This document shows, piece after piece, positions 23,148-37,053 of a stretch of 64,000 nucleotides of DNA; within the stretch, counting starts at the first letter, position 1; the number at the start of each line of letters is the position of its first letter. Both the position numbers and the translations under genes were made by a program. The notes under the pieces were generated by a model. It did not search any database. It saw only the letters and a list, made by a program, of their open reading frames with translations, and was not told the DNA's origin. The stretch is from Antedon mediterranea. Taxonomy: Eukaryota > Animalia > Echinodermata. The DNA lies in the NCBI RefSeq assembly GCF_964355755.1, contig NC_092676.1:25934871-25998870 (forward strand), written 5' to 3'.

Positions 23148-25594
23148 AACACAACAGTAAATATATAATGCTTCAATATAATGCTGCAATTTGTGTGAAA
23201 GATAACAATTGTGTAGTGATATATTTAATTGTTAAAAAGAGAAAGAATAAAATTGTTATTGTTGATAACAACGGAATGTTATCAGTATCCGTGTAAAAAT
23301 AATTATTGATGTTTGATGAATAATATGTGCTTTAGATTTGTTTGGGGTTTTTTGTTACATTTGTTTAATTTTCAAGCCGTTCGGAGTATTTCATTTTAAG
23401 AAGTTGTTAAATTTCCAAAGTTTTAAAAATATCTTTACTCAAAATCAATTTCAATTAACTTAATTTAAAACAAATAATAGATTAAAACAATACATAGAAA
23501 CGAGAGTTTAATCGGATAAAACTATCAAGAAAATCAACTTAAAAAGCAGAAAAGACAAGAAATTCAAAGTATGGACTTATGCTCTCAGAATTTAAACATT
23601 TCCAAAAATAAAATATTAATCTATTTCGATCTGCCTTTTTAAGTTGTAGCTTTTCTTGAATGTAAATAATTCCAAATAATTTAGCAACAATTTCGGATAA
23701 AGAGAATCTTTAAAAAATTAAAACGCAGTAGTTACCATGGTTACTGTGATTATTGTATTGAACGGCAATAGTTGAATCTGTGACCTATTGTGCATATTCT
23801 TAATCAAAGATAAAGAATTGATTAAATTGACTTTCATTACAATTGTATTTTCTCATCAAATGGAATAATTTTAATTAAATTGACATGGTTAAATATTTCA
23901 ATTATTCGTTCGTATACAATGTACATACAAAGTATTTGATACATATGAGCCAGAGGAAACCCCCCCCCCCCCCCCAAAAAAAAAAAAAAAACTTAGCTTC
24001 ACGGGACCAGTCCAAAAACGAAAACGAACCAAATACATAAACATAAATATAATAAATCAAGCCGGGTTGTTGCGGCTGGAAAAAGATGTCTCATTTATGT
24101 AAAAATGTTGTCGGTACGTCAGCAGGTCTTACCCGGACCATTAATTTGTTTGTAATGGCGTATACGCCGTATCGTTCGTATTGTAGGTTAGTTTACAAAC
24201 CCTTTTGCATATAGTATAATTGTAATAATGTTAATAATAATAGGCCTTTACATACTATACCTATGTTTATTTTCTTCTATGTCAATGGTTACGCTAAATC
24301 ACACTTTTTCCTTCCTTGAAAATGTTTACTGTTAATCTCTGTCCCCACTATCAAACTAGTTTGACACAAAAAATGTAATGTGCAAACAAAATATTTAAAA
24401 GCATACTTACCATACAAAAATGCGAGCAAAGATAGTTACAATGTCGCAGCGTTACGTCTTCAAAATACAAATTACTGAAACATAAAATGCATTTTGTCAG
24501 ATTGCTCTGTAACAAGTCAATCATTGGAATTCCTAATTTTAGAGATCTTATATCGATCAAACTGAAATTACAAACGAATTTCCAAATGTACCTTGAATAG
24601 TCTTAATTGCATTTTGATTTCTTCCACTGTTATAACATAAGTCACTATATCATGACTATTGTTTAAAAATCTATATTTTACAATCTAAATATAATTAGAA
24701 ATAGATTGGAAGTAAATTTACTTTATTTCGTCTTCGGTAAAAAGGAAAATATATTGAGTGTATTTCATAGCATATAAAAAAATAATGATTATTATTATTA
24801 TTTGAAAAAAAAATCAAGAGATGTAAGAATGTCTTATTTTTCTTGTCACTTGCACACTCTTTTATGTCCTTATTGAACACGATCGCCGTTTTTTAAATAA
24901 TATATTACAAATACTGTAAGTAAATCCAGAGAATTTAACGGGGAATAGTTTGTTTCCCGGAACGGAAGACGGTATTTTGATAATGTTGGGTAAATTATTA
25001 TTAGAGAATTCTATAAAAAGTCTTCCGTCCGTGTTCGTTTAAATGCTATAATATAATAATAGGTATTCACAATAGACTTATTTAACCACGTTTAGAAATA
25101 CAAGTTGTATTATTTTAGTTTAAAAAAATCTGCCCATGACTATACTAAATAATTAACGCTCTAAAGATTTCCGTATACCTGAATTTGAAATTTAACGTAT
25201 AGTCGCAAACACTCTCACAACGCTGATTGATTTGTAGATGTGCGTGCTTGTTCGTTACCTCGATTGCTTCTCTGTCTTATACCGTGTCGTAAATATATAA
25301 ATTGACACGAAATTATGATTTAGACATATTGTATGATTCCCTTTGATAGTGGCTGTTTTCTCATTATTGATAATTCGAAATATCAATGTATTATTTTTAT
25401 TAGATTACGTACTACAGTACAAAGATGATTTTTCAAAATCATTCAACCGCATTTAAACGTGAGACAATTACGTTTTATGAAATGTGACTTCTTATTTTAA
25501 TGAGCTCATGCGTAAACGTTGTTTTCATTGTGCTTCTGTCAAATTGAGAAACAATGATGTTTATCATCATGTTTGATTTCATTTCCTTTATTGC

Positions 25595-25655
25595 GTCAAG
25601 TCTGGTCAAGTCAGGTCAGGTCAGGTCAAGTCAGGTCAAGTCAGGTCAAGTCAAG
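25595..25655. repeat. (GTCAR)n pentamer microsatellite
   Basis: GTCAA/GTCAG tandem; a T-rich stretch follows, so possibly the tail of a minus-strand retroelement. Confidence 0.85.
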
Positions 25656-26718
25656 TATCATTTATTGTCAGTTGATTTAAGAAAAAAACATAGAAATTCT
25701 GTTTGCTCTGTTGGCGGAGCACAATATCCAACGGACACAACACGAACTTAAAACAAAAACATACAAAAAGTGTCTACGTTTAAGGCTCTAATAGCTCCTG
25801 GAAAGAAATTATTTGTAAATCGTGCCTTTTGGCCTTAATAGTAAACAATGATGAAGTTTACATTATTACTATTCAGAAATAAATAACAAAGAAAATATTC
25901 ACAGTATAACAAAAACAATAAAGTTACCAATTTAGAAAACAAAGAAAACAATACCGTTAAGCATTGGGTTTTAAAACGTATATAAAAAAGAAAAAGGACG
26001 CGGAAATTATTATTTCATTATTATTATTATGAAGAAGTACAGTAGAATTTCAAATTGATTTTCAATTAGGTTTGTTTGTTATATAATTATATAATTTATT
26101 GCGTACAGACATTGTTCATTATACAATAGGATGTACAATCATCATTGAAAAATTAAACTATAATAGTTCATAGTCCACAATCAGTCTTATTGTGTAGGTC
26201 TGTTCAATATTGTGTGTTTTTATTTCGTAAAATTAGGGCGCGAATTTATCTAAAGATCAAATAGGAGTTTATAGCCTCTATACCCGAACACGAATCAGAA
26301 TAGAATAATGACTACTGTCATAACTACGTTTTTAAATCAATTTTTCTCAAGGACGTGAAGTACGTTTCTAAATGTTACGTTACGTCTAAACAGCTTTCGA
26401 TGCGACGACCTAAGAATAGATCGATCGTGAGGCCAAAACAAATATAGCGAAAACATCGGGTTTCCCCCAATTTGTATAAACGGATTCTGGCAAAAACATA
26501 AAGACAATTAAGGTAATGCAGCAACTATACAACGTCAGGCTATAGGTAGCGTACAGCTGGGCCTACAAAACTAAGCCTAGCAAGGCTAGACCTAAAGACC
26601 GTCGAGAAGAAATTCACCGCGACCGCCGCGAGCCGTACTTAGGTAGTGCATTGTTTCTCTCTTTTTATCATAATTTACCATAAAACGTACTTTAAGACAA
26701 CGGTTTAATGTTTTTAAA

Positions 26719-26719
<1 letters not shown>

Positions 26720-26806
<87 letters not shown>
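26720..26806. repeat. (TA)n microsatellite, ~43 units
   Basis: Direct reading. Confidence 0.97.
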
Positions 26807-26809
<3 letters not shown>

Positions 26810-27344
26810 TTATTTTTACAAAATGTCACAAATTCTGTATGGGTCTTTAATATTACTTCAAAAGAAGCACTTATATACAAATGGATTTCCACTGCACTGG
26901 GATGATTGTGTACGACTGTTGTTATGAATATTATATATACATCAATATTTTCGTATTCAAATTATTTATAGAATGTTTCGAATTCGATTTAACTAATGTT
27001 TTCTATTCGATTAGCCCATTAGCTAATTTATAGTAAATGTATAATATTTTAACATTATGATTCTGTAACGTCTGTTTTTCCAGATAACGTGATTGAGATC
27101 GTACTTTCGCACCTCACGCATACTCACTACTGCGTCATAAAGGTAAATAATGTATGTTTTTTATTACTTATTGACAGGTTTTAATATCATGAATATAAAT
27201 TATACATCATGGTTGCTAAGTAAATATATTGATTGTTTGCTTTTAATGTTTAAATAAAGCTTAGCCATTCTCACCAACGCAAGTAGATATTCGATTTTGT
27301 CGATAGGTGGCGGTATAAATTACGCAATATTTGACTGCATGATG

Positions 27345-27745
27345 ATTGGTCTGTGTACTGCATGACGATTGGTGTGTACTGCATGACGATTGGTGTGTAC
27401 TGCATAACGATTGGTGTGTACTGCATGACGATTGGTGTGTACTGCATGACGATTGGTGTGTACTGCATGACGATTGGTGTGTACTGCATGACGATTGGTG
27501 TGTACTGCATGACGATTGGTGTGTACTGCATGACGATTGGTGTGTACTGCATGACGATTGGTGTGTACTGCATGACGTTTGGTGTGTACTGCATGACGTT
27601 TGGTGTGTACTGCATGATGTTTGGTGTGTACTGCATGACGATTGGTGTGTACTGCATGATGTTTGGTGTGTACTGCATGACCATTGGTGTGTACTGCATG
27701 ACCATTGGTGTGTACTGCATGACGATTGGTGTGTACTGCATGATA
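27345..27745. repeat. 21-bp minisatellite TGGTGTGTACTGCATGACGAT, ~19 copies
   Basis: Highly homogeneous tandem array. Confidence 0.95.
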
Positions 27746-28921
27746 AATGTGAACTGAAGGCAGAGGAGGCGTTCCATAGTGGCAAGTCTACTTTCAGTGG
27801 TGCGTCCATACAATAAACAACAACAACATATACAGAGTATAACAGGAAAAGGTCCGTAAAAAATATATATATACCGGTATATAAATTATAATAACAATAA
27901 TTAACAAATACAACATTGCACATTTCAGATAAACATGAAAGTTCATCAATAGGCCTATAAAAGAAAAAAATATATATATTCTAATATTAATACACTGTAG
28001 TAGTAATTAAAAACAATTAGATAACGGAAAGTTGGTTTAAAGATAGGTCAATAGTTAAAAAACCCATCATGATTAACTTATTTACTTAAATTCAAAATTA
28101 ACAAAAATAATATATGTTTCGAGAGTTTGATTTCAAATTATAGATAAAGCAAACTGCAATTTGCTTAATGATTGGTTAATTGGGAGAGTGGATAAATAAA
28201 TATAAACAATTAAAGCAAGCACAAAATTAGGAAAGTACAACTAACTCGTAAAAAAGTTAATTGTTTTGGTAATTTTTCTGCTGTGTGATGGAAACATGTT
28301 GAACATCGCCCTCTATAATATTAGTAGCAGAAAGAAAAAATATTTGCATTTTTACCGTTCTTATATCTATGTTTATTGGATAAGTTACCTTTGCCTTTAT
28401 GAGAATTACGATGAGAATTACGATGAGGGATGTAAAATAATAACGCTGATGTGTGACAATTGTACATAAAACCAACTGGTTCGGGAATTATAAATGGTAA
28501 AAGATGCAATATTTATTACTAAAACGTGACTTAACTGCCCAAACAGTATTCTCTTTACGTTTTACTGTCGAAGGTATAGAAAGAACATTTGTTTTTTTGC
28601 CAACAAAAGCAGGGTAGAAATTGCTATCAAAGTTTGGTTAAAACCATTTAAAAAATAATCGCATAGGCCTACTAAATAAATCGCGTTTTGAAAGATTTAC
28701 TCCTTAACACAGAATCTATCATTATATATTTATCACACGTATTACAATTGTTTTCATTCCTATTAACACATACATTCGTTTATTTAATTGTATGATGTTA
28801 CGTCATTTAAAAATAACTGGTTTTCTTAACTTTAGTTTTATACAAAATAATAACAGCAAGTAATAAATATAACTTAATGGAACTGACTGGCTTTTACTTC
28901 CTTCAATCCGTTTGGCTTTGC

Positions 28922-29265
28922 TAAAACTTGATTGCCACTAAGACGCAACGTGAATACGTAAGCGCGCAAGTGAAGCGTGGTTCCCACTAGCGACGCAACG
29001 CAAGGACGTAACGCAACGCAAGTGAATTGACCAATCACAAGCGATGGCTTATTCGCTTGTGATTGCTAACTGTCTATAACTTCGCTTGTCATTGGTTAAA
29101 ACGCTTGCGTTGCGTTTACGTCCTTGCGTTACATTCTAGTGGGAACCAAGCTTAATTTGACCAATGACAAGCGATGGATTATTCGAAGTGATTGCTTGCC
29201 ATTGGTCAATTCACTTACGTTGCGCATATGTCTTTACGTTGCCTCCTAGTGGGAACCAAACTTTA
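28922..29265. mobile_element. MITE family 1 (TIR AGC[G/T]TGGTTCCCACTAG; PIF/Harbinger-like): 179-bp copy at 28974-29152 nested in an older copy
   Basis: Long imperfect palindrome with TAA-like TSD; further copies near 7847, 10094, 19931, 29990-30215, 35438-35609, 52775-53030, 55683-55838, 59497-59656, 61448-61585. Confidence 0.85.
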
Positions 29266-30711
29266 ACAAAGCCGAACGACCGGGAGGGTTGAAGAAGCTA
29301 AAAGCAGTCAAGCCCATTAAGTTATATAATAGTAGGAATCAAACCTATCAGGGAAAAGTGGTCACATAATGATTGTGATTTTTATTTAACAATGGTGAAT
29401 TTTAAAACCCTGGTTTGTATCAGGTAAGTTGGTGACAGTTTGACTGCGTCATGGAATTACGTTAATGGACGATTACACACACAAAAAACGTATTACAGTA
29501 TTCTATTATTAATACAGAATAACTTATTTTTAACTAATAGAATGCAACGAACCTGTATTTATTTACGAGTCTGTAAGAAAGCAATGATTCATTATAATAA
29601 CATTTCCGACTAAAGGCTATAAGCTATAACTACTGGTTTGATACAATGATTATACAATTACTTGATGACTTGTATTGTTATACAACAAACAGCGCAGTAT
29701 TTACGACAAGTGGTTCGGAATAAAACGATTTATCCCATATCGTTGTTTTGTAGCGAAATGTTTAGATGCATTTATAAGAAGCTATTGTTGGCAGCACCAG
29801 CCGAGGTTTCGGTAAGTAGTTTGTTAGGCCTATACAGTAGGCCACTTCAATAAAGCACTACCGTATTGCATCGCGCTTTACGCAGGCACCCAGTATATTG
29901 ATCATCAGACAGTAAAATAAATCCTATACCTGTCAGGGTTTTGAAACCCACTTTGATTGGTAGTGGTAATTTTTATCTGCGATGGTCTTAAACTTGGTTT
30001 CCACTAGGACGTAAGTCCACCGCAATGACGTAAGCTCAACGCAATTAAGCTTGGATCCCACTAGAACGTAACGCAATGACGTAAGCGCAACGCAAGCGTT
30101 TTAACCAATAACAAGCGAAGTTATAGACAGTTAGCAATCACAAGCGAGTGATTGATCAATTCACTTGCGTTGCGTTACGCCCTATGTGTTGTGTCGCTAA
30201 TGGGAACCACGCTTTACGTAAGTGCAACGCAAGGACGTAATTGCAACGCAAGTAAAGTTTACATCATAGTAATAATTGCAAAAGCCCAGTTGAGTTACAT
30301 TCCTCTCCACCATTAAGAATCATAAAGGCCTTTTAGCTCATGCATAATTCTCATCTGGTGTATAGTTATCTCTGCAGACAAATTCTCCTTATTTTAAAAA
30401 ATCATAAAAATACTTGTTGTTTTTCTCTTAGTTTAACGTTGCATGCTTTTACAAGAGCATCTACGCACAGGTTGGGTGAATATGACACAAGGCGCCTTTT
30501 GAAAGCTTCGCATTTTTAAGAGCACTAAACAAAACTATAAAGTAGTTAACAGTCATGACGGTAATGGAGTTCTATGTACCACGCAATTATAGCTCGTACT
30601 CGGAAATACCTTAAAATATCATAACGGTTTTACGTCTACAATAATATTCAATAAATGAGACACCTGGTGATGCATGGAACTTCGTCTATGCAAAGCTGAT
30701 ACAGAATGTTC

Positions 30712-30912
30712 AAAACCGTGATAACTCGCGCGTAAAAAAATCGTGATAACTCGCGCGTACAAAAACCGTGATAACTCGCGCGTACAAAAACCGCTGATAA
30801 CTCGCGCGTACACAAACCGCTGATAACTCGCGCGTACAAAAACCGTGATAACACGCGCGTGCTAAAACCGTGATAACTCGCGCGTACAACAACCGTGATA
30901 ACTCGCGCGTCT
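30712..30912. repeat. 25-bp CpG-rich minisatellite AAAAACCGTGATAACTCGCGCGTAC, ~8 copies
   Basis: Direct reading. Confidence 0.9.
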
Positions 30913-33357
30913 GACATGGGTATGGTCATTTGTGATAACACTAATGACATAACTTACTTGATTGGATTATTGTTTCTAAATTTTTATTTGAATCTAATAT
31001 TATACATTTTTGCTCTTACTGTACATGTAGTATAAATTTAAAATCCATAAGTAAATATAGGCCTAACCTGTATTATACATTTTAACTATAGGTTTGATCG
31101 TGTAACGATAATAGAAAAATAGTTGATTTTAAACCCTGGAAAAGACTAGACGGGCCGATAATAACCTTTTGTATTTGTGACATTTTGGAGTTTGTGACCT
31201 TTTTTCTCTTAATTATTAGAACCTACTTTTGTTAATATTTATATTGTACTATTATTGGTAAGTCTTTTTATTAGAGTCGTCAGGCCATAACCTGTCAAAA
31301 GAAAGGTAACTACGCACATATATTATACTCTTGTGGAAAAAAGTTCCGGTAGATGAACGCATGTTGCGTGACCTCTCTCTCTCGCGCCAAACCCCTCTTC
31401 CCACCCCAACCTCCCCCACCAGGTACTCGACCTCGGATTCTTGATTTATATGCAAGCGCTCTTTTATTAGACCACTGTGATTTTGTTTTGGTATGTTCAT
31501 TGACCAAAGTAACTCTCTATGTTTAAAGTTCGATTTCCACGAACTGTTTTTCTCTTTGCCTTTAAAATCATTACAATTTAGTATTATTATTGGATTACAT
31601 TGTTTTTGCAAGAATATATCACCCACGTTTTAAGTTATTAATTAATCAATTGGTAAAAGTATTTATAGTAGCGCTACAAACTATTTATGGAAACACTAAA
31701 AGCTATTTCCGAATAATTTAGCAGCGAGCTCCATTATCAATTAATGAAGTTTAGGTTTTATCAATTCATTGTCAAAGGAAGGCAGGCAAAGACAAATTGA
31801 TGACATAATGAATAGAGATATTTTTTATTGTCATTTTGTGTTTTTTTTTTAATCAATTAGTTTATAACCGTACGGCAGTTTTCAATACAAGACTGTAGGA
31901 TGATAGAGGAGATTCTTTTCTACCATTTTGGTTTATGCGTTGCAACTTCTATTCAATTGTAGAATTAATATGAGGATAGTTTCATCTAAAGGGATTATAT
32001 AGTTTTGTTCTCACTGAGACGCAACGCAACGACGTTAGGCACCCAGAGGCGATTCTTTTCTACCATTTTGGTTTATGCGGTGTAACTTCTATAAAGTATC
32101 AACAACCCAAATGCAGAGTTGAAAGATATAGAAAAAGTGCAATACCATACCTTATCTCGCTTCTAAATGAATAATCAGTATATATCACCCAGTACAGCTT
32201 TGCGATTCTTATTGATGCTTTTAGGTGTTTTGTTTTGTTTTTTTTTTTTTTTCTATTTTAATATTTTAAGCTAAACTTTTTTAATGTTCCTGTATTGTAT
32301 TTCTTGTGTAAATTGCCTCCTTTTTTATATTTAATTATCATTGGTTTTATACTTTTTTACAAATTTTAATATTGAACAAATGTAAATATCTTTGTAATTC
32401 AGCTAAGGCTGCGATAATGATATTGAAATAAATGAAATGAAAAAAAAAAAAAAAGAAAAATAAAGCGTGGTTCCCACTATACAAGGACGCAACGCAACGA
32501 CGTAGGCACCGAGAGGAGATCCTTTTCTACCATTTTGGTCTATGTTGTGCAACTTCTATAAAGCGTGGTTCCCACTATTAATTGTAATTATTAATTAACA
32601 AAAAAACATTATAAATATTAATTATAAAATATATACAATGATTATTTACAGTAATGATAATAATAAAAATTAATTGTTTATATTGACTATTATTGGAAAC
32701 AGAAGTTGAATAATAAAATACTGAAAAGTTTAATTAGAGGTTTGCACAACGCAAGCGACAGTTTAAACAAATCAATTTATTGTGATTGGTCAAATCACGT
32801 GACGTCGATTTGCGTTGCGTCAAAACCAAGCTTCAGAAAAGTAGTTGTTTATTAACTGTTTTGCTATTACACCTTACCTAAGCCCAATCGCTGTGACATC
32901 TGATGAGAAAATCTTCATCAAAATTCATCTTAAATGACTTATCTGTATTATGAATAATATGCAAGTTACGTACTTAACTATCAGTACAGTATTACCCTTA
33001 TAAGCACTAACAAGTATACTTGATTTATTCAGATTTTGTTTTTTAAAGACACTATCTTATACTAACCCGATTATAGAGACTTTGAAATATAAAGGAATAT
33101 TAAGAAACTTCTTCTAACTGAGTTATGTGTCTAAGTGAGCATTAATTTAATACGAATGTTGCTGATTCAGAATGTTATTTTTACGCATTCAGGAAATCAG
33201 ATCACTTAACATTTAATCCGGTATGTGAAAATGGAAAAATGATTTTATTTTATAACATTTTAGTTGTCTCTTTCAATATCCTCAAGTCATCAAGATTTAC
33301 TGTAAGTGCGCATTTAGGACGTGATAACTGAATGCCCGCATTATTTTCTGTTTGTTA

Positions 33358-33546
33358 AGCTTGGCTCCCACTAGCGACGCAAAATAACGCAACCTACGCG
33401 CAACGTAAGAAAATGCCCTTCCAATAGGCCTAATTGTGTTTGCAATGTTTTCAGCACTGTTGCGTCGTCGGTTCCCACTTGTGATTACGCAATACAGCAC
33501 TTTGCATCAATACGTCGCTGCGTTGCTTTCTAGTGGGAACCACGCT
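33358..33546. mobile_element. MITE family 1b (~190-215 bp, same TIR, different core)
   Basis: TIR AGCTTGGYTCCCACTAG/CTAGTGGGAACCACGCT, TWA flanks; other copies at 35245-35437, 43456-43648, 59726-59939, 60267-60477. Confidence 0.85.
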
Positions 33547-34679
33547 TAAATGTATATACTATGGGCGTGGTAACTGAACGTAGTTCTATAATTTAGTTTG
33601 ACGTGATGAATGCGTATTAATATTGTGGCAGTAATAACTATGTACTTGATGGATATACATTGAGAAGAACTTTTTATTTTGGATAAATTTGACACGCATT
33701 GTAAAGTGTTGTCTGCACTATCAATCTAGTTTGACAAAAATGTACGATGTGCCCAAATGTGGTAGTGGTATGACTTCATCCTGTCCATATATAGGCACAT
33801 TTTTTGTCACATAAAATTTAATAGTGGTGATAGAGATTTAATCTCAGTGGATATCGGTTATGCTTAGAATGAGCTTTGTCTACACTATCAAACTTGATGT
33901 GACAAAAACAGTGTGATGTGCCCACATATCACTACCATATTTGGCCACGTCACTCTTTTTTTGCCACAAAAGATTTGACGCAATGGCGTAAGCGCATTTT
34001 AAAAGGTTTGACAAAAACGGATGCGATGGATCATCCGAACTGTCGCTTGTGATTGGTCAACACATTATGCCGTTTTGTTGTGCCCGAACCAAGCTAGCCT
34101 AACTTTACGCATGCTTGCAAAAAACAAGTAATACACTAGACAAAATGATATTATTATAACTATAAAATAACTAAATTACAACTAAAATAGAATTTCCAGT
34201 TAATTTAGAATTGGCCGTTCTTTTTTTAAATTCCAGTATATGGTACCATTTTGTCTGCGTTTATGATTTACATTTAGTAAAGGCATAATTACCGCGTGGC
34301 GTTAGGTATCTGATATTATAGGCCTATTACTATACTCTTGACGTATATCACAAATTTTAATAATAATCCAGTTTTTAAAATATGTGACGGTGATAAAGGT
34401 GATTGCCCTGTTAAGTGTCCGCTATATTGGTCACAGCAAACGGGTGGCTAAGTGTGCATTTTGAAAAGTCTTAACAATTAATGAGTTTTGACACCGCCAA
34501 ATCAAAAAGCTGACTCTAGGCGGCAGTGCGTGAATGCATATGCCCTTGAATTGTTCTAGTAAAGTATTAAAGAAATATATTATTTAAGAAATTGTGTATG
34601 ATAGTAACCTAATTTAATGGGAAATCCGTGTTGATACATAGTCTAATTGCACAGGATACACGGCGGCACAATATGGAAA

Positions 34680-35056
34680 ATGGGTTAAGTGTGGTTCTCA
34701 CTAGGACGCAACGCAGCGACGTATCGACGCAAAGGGCTGTATTGTATTGCTATAGTGCTGCAAACATCGCAGGTTTGATTTCACGCAGGCGGGGGCAAAT
34801 ACGATTATTGGAAGGACATTTTCTTAAAGCGTGGTTCCCACTAGAACGTAACGCAAGGACGTAAACGCAACGCAAACGTTTTAACCAATGACAAGCGAAG
34901 TTATAGACAGTTAGCAATCACAAGCGAATAAGCCATCGCTTGTGATTGGTCAATTCACTTGCGTTGCTTTACGTCCTTGCGTTGCGTCGCTAGTGGGAAC
35001 CACGCTTAAGTTGCGTAGATTGCGTTACGTTGCGTCGCTAGTCAGAACCAGGCTTT
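34680..35056. mobile_element. MITE family 1 copy (34828-35006, TAA TSD) nested inside a family 1b copy
   Basis: TAA|AGCGTGG...CCACGCT|TAA; the host halves rejoin to a 1b element. Confidence 0.85.
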
Positions 35057-37053
35057 AGTAGAAATCCCCTTCTCAATGTTTCAAAGTGACGTGATGTGAG
35101 ACGACATGATACATGTAATGGCTAGAGACAAATCTAAAGCTCTGTCTACACTATCAAACTTTATTTTTTTCAACAAAATTTGATGTGCTAATATATGGAA
35201 ACGATGACATTATATCACTACAGTATTTGGACAAACTCTGTTTTAGTTCCCACTAGCGACGCAACGTAACGCAACCTACGCAACGTAAAAAATGCCCTTA
35301 CAATAATTTTCCCCCGCCTGCGTAAAATCAAACCTGCGATGTTTGCAGCACTGTTGCGTCGTCGGTTCCCACTTGTGATTACGCAATACACTTTGCGTCA
35401 ATACGTCGTTGCGTTGCGTTCTAGTGGGAACCACGCTCCACTAGCGACGCAACACAAGGACGTAACGCAACGCAAGTGAATTGACCAATCACAAGAAGCG
35501 ATGGCTTATTCGCTTGTGATTGCTAATTGTCTATAACTTTGCTTGTCATTGGTTAAAACGCTTGCGTTGCGTTTAAGTCCTTGCGTTACGTTCTAGTGGG
35601 AACCAAGCTTCAAGGATACAACGCAAGGACGTAAGCGCGCCGCAAGTAATTTGACCAATGACATCATCATCCGCGAACTACTTGCGTTGTTCCTACTTCG
35701 TTGTGTTGCTTCCAAAGTACCTGCCTTATTAAAGAATCGCATTAACTTAGCTAATGTGTTTCTTGACATTTAAGACAGATTTCAACAATTGCTTTGTGTA
35801 AATCTTACGGAATCTGGTTCAAGTTACTTCGAAATGAAATATTTTCTAAAGATTATTGTTAGGAGAATCTTTTAACGACGATAGTTCAGAAATATAATTC
35901 AAAGTACTTATCAATAGTGTTCATGTGCTTAAAAGGTTCTACACTTTCAAGTATGAACCATAGAAAATAAACGTTCTCAAAATAATGAACCTTGATCAAA
36001 TCATTTCTCTTCTTTGAAGTATATAATGAGGTCTACATAGCCGGAATATTCATGTTTGTTTTGTGACGTTTTATGAGGGGTCCCCAACTTATGTACGAAA
36101 AGAAATAACGCAGCCGAGAAGCATTATTTTTTTTCCTATAAGGTTATGGCAGAAATCATGAATAATTCATTACCTTAATTATATTGTATTATAATGAATT
36201 GCAAGATAGCTGATCTACTTCCTAAATATACTAAACCTAACCCTCTAAATAATCTCTCTCAACTATCACTGTTAGTGAACCCAAGACACTGTTGATTAGT
36301 AGTTCATTCTGTACCGTGGTTGAATCATTTTAGTACTACAAACATTGGTATAGAAAACGTGGGTTTCTTCATTGATTAATGAATATTCATTAAGGTAATC
36401 CGTGGTTTGTTGATTAATGAATATTCATGATCTGTTTCATCAACTTGTTTGTTGTATTACTTTTACTTTTAATACAAATGCCTATAATTATTCTGTCAAC
36501 TATGTTGAGGTCTCATCCTTTCGATAGTCACCGTATTGTTGCACCACCTTTTGTGGAGGAAGAGGAATGACTAGTTGCCCACGTATTTCGGCTGATTTTA
36601 CGGTCGTTCAAGAAATTACTTAAAGGGTATCTCCTGGTAAAGTAGGCCTACAGCAACAATTTCTGTACCATTTGTTCAAAGGGGAGCCTTATTTAACGGT
36701 GATCGTTCTACTTGGCACTGATTTAGGTTATTGTCAATGTTGTTGCACCCGGAGCCACCCTTTAATAGCGAGATACGGTACGTAAGATTAACCTATTTTA
36801 ATTTGCAGATAGTGTGTTTTTGCTTTTGTAATATTCAGCCTCAGGCTTCGATGACTATCTAACTGCACTTTTTGGTCCAGGAAATAAAGTACAATCATTG
36901 AGGCCCACTAAACAAATTCACACTCAAATAATACTACTGCATTGTAGGGTTGTTCAATGTAGACCTACATAAGTGGGGTCAGGACGCAACGAAAGTAGGA
37001 AGTAATTTGACCAATCACAACCGATGGATATTCTGAACTGTAACTTTAATTTA

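Noticed and set aside
26592-26905. YIYIYI ORFs
   Set aside because: Translation of the (TA)n microsatellite.
27084-27142. Possible plus-strand exon (TTTTTCCAG...AAAG|GTAAAT)
   Set aside because: No recognisable peptide and no compatible partner exons.
27261-27923. Repeat-protein ORFs on both strands
   Set aside because: A 21-bp unit divisible by 3 leaves frames open by chance; no splice or domain support.
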